DNA of 6,029 nt from Nitrososphaerota archaeon (GTDB taxonomy: Archaea > Thermoproteota > Nitrososphaeria > Nitrososphaerales > UBA57). Shown piece by piece: positions 5,877-6,029 of the stretch. Location of the stretch: contig PAVW01000016.1 of the NCBI GenBank assembly GCA_002713205.1, forward strand, positions 2,443-8,471, read 5' to 3'. The notes under the pieces were generated by a model. That model ran no database searches. It was not told where the DNA came from and saw nothing but the letters and a program-made list of their open reading frames with translations. The position numbers and the translations under genes were made by a program. Each line of letters starts with the position of its first letter. Position 1 is the first letter of the stretch.

Positions 5877-5905
5877 GGAAGTAGAACAATAAAAGGAAAA
5901 TTAAA

Positions 5906-6029
5906 ATGAAAATATTATGCGTATTATATGACGATCCAAAAAACGGCATGCCGAGCAGATATGCTTTAGACAGTATACCTAAATTAGAAACATATCCAGA
6001 TGGTATGACATTACCAACACCAAAAGCAA
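5906..6029 (+). CDS. fdh: NAD-dependent formate dehydrogenase (D-2-hydroxyacid dehydrogenase superfamily), N-terminal 41 codons; continues past the right edge
   Basis: ATG at 5906 opens MKILCVLYDDPKNGMPSRYALDSIPKLETYPDGMTLPTPKA. This tracks the N-terminus of Pseudomonas sp. 101 NAD-FDH as I recall it (AKVLCVLYDDPVDGYPKTYARDDLPKIDHYPGGQTLPTPKA), with roughly two-thirds identity including the LCVLYDDP and TLPTPKA blocks. AGGA at 5894..5897 lies 8 nt before the ATG. The gap from the upstream quinoprotein gene is only 29 nt. Confidence 0.8.
   Translation, partial: MKILCVLYDDPKNGMPSRYALDSIPKLETYPDGMTLPTPKA

Noticed and set aside
1-6029. Scan for tRNA, rRNA, CRISPR repeats, transposase or integrase genes, inverted terminal repeats, and toxin-antitoxin or defence genes
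   Set aside because: Nothing resembling these was seen. Intergenic spacers total under 350 nt, and every long ORF has a transport or redox assignment.

Overview
AT-rich (about one-third G+C by eye), coding-dense prokaryotic window with seven genes, two of them cut by the window edges. I found no rRNA, tRNA, CRISPR, transposase or long repeat. Left side, minus strand: a Tat-exported family-1 solute-binding protein (123..1637, TTG start), then the first 21 codons of an ABC ATPase (1..65). A 109-nt divergent intergenic region (1638..1746) separates this from a same-strand plus cluster with short gaps of 65, 39 and 29 nt. That cluster holds a PotA/FbpC/MalK-type ABC ATPase with a C-terminal TOBE-like domain (1747..2829) and an FbpA/PotD-type binding-protein-fold gene with no signal peptide (2895..4025). 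It continues with a 603-aa PQQ-type eight-bladed propeller dehydrogenase carrying an N-terminal Sec signal and a C-terminal membrane anchor (4065..5876), and the N-terminus of an NAD-dependent formate dehydrogenase (5906..6029). No ABC permease gene is visible. An archaeal host is plausible but unproven. The evidence is that promoter-proximal genes lack Shine-Dalgarno motifs, A/T-rich TATA-like boxes sit about 27-30 nt upstream of their start codons, and the exported enzyme is C-terminally anchored. The most interesting signal is the quinoprotein. By gapless comparison with MxaF as I recall it, it has Trp-Trp-Trp where methanol/ethanol dehydrogenases have the vicinal Cys-Cys ring. It also has Asp-His-Glu where Ca enzymes have D-x-A/S and lanthanide enzymes D-x-D. 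It is tightly linked to a formate dehydrogenase and to a permease-less ATPase plus cytoplasmic binding-protein pair. All family calls rest on motif recognition and recalled reference sequences; no searches were run.
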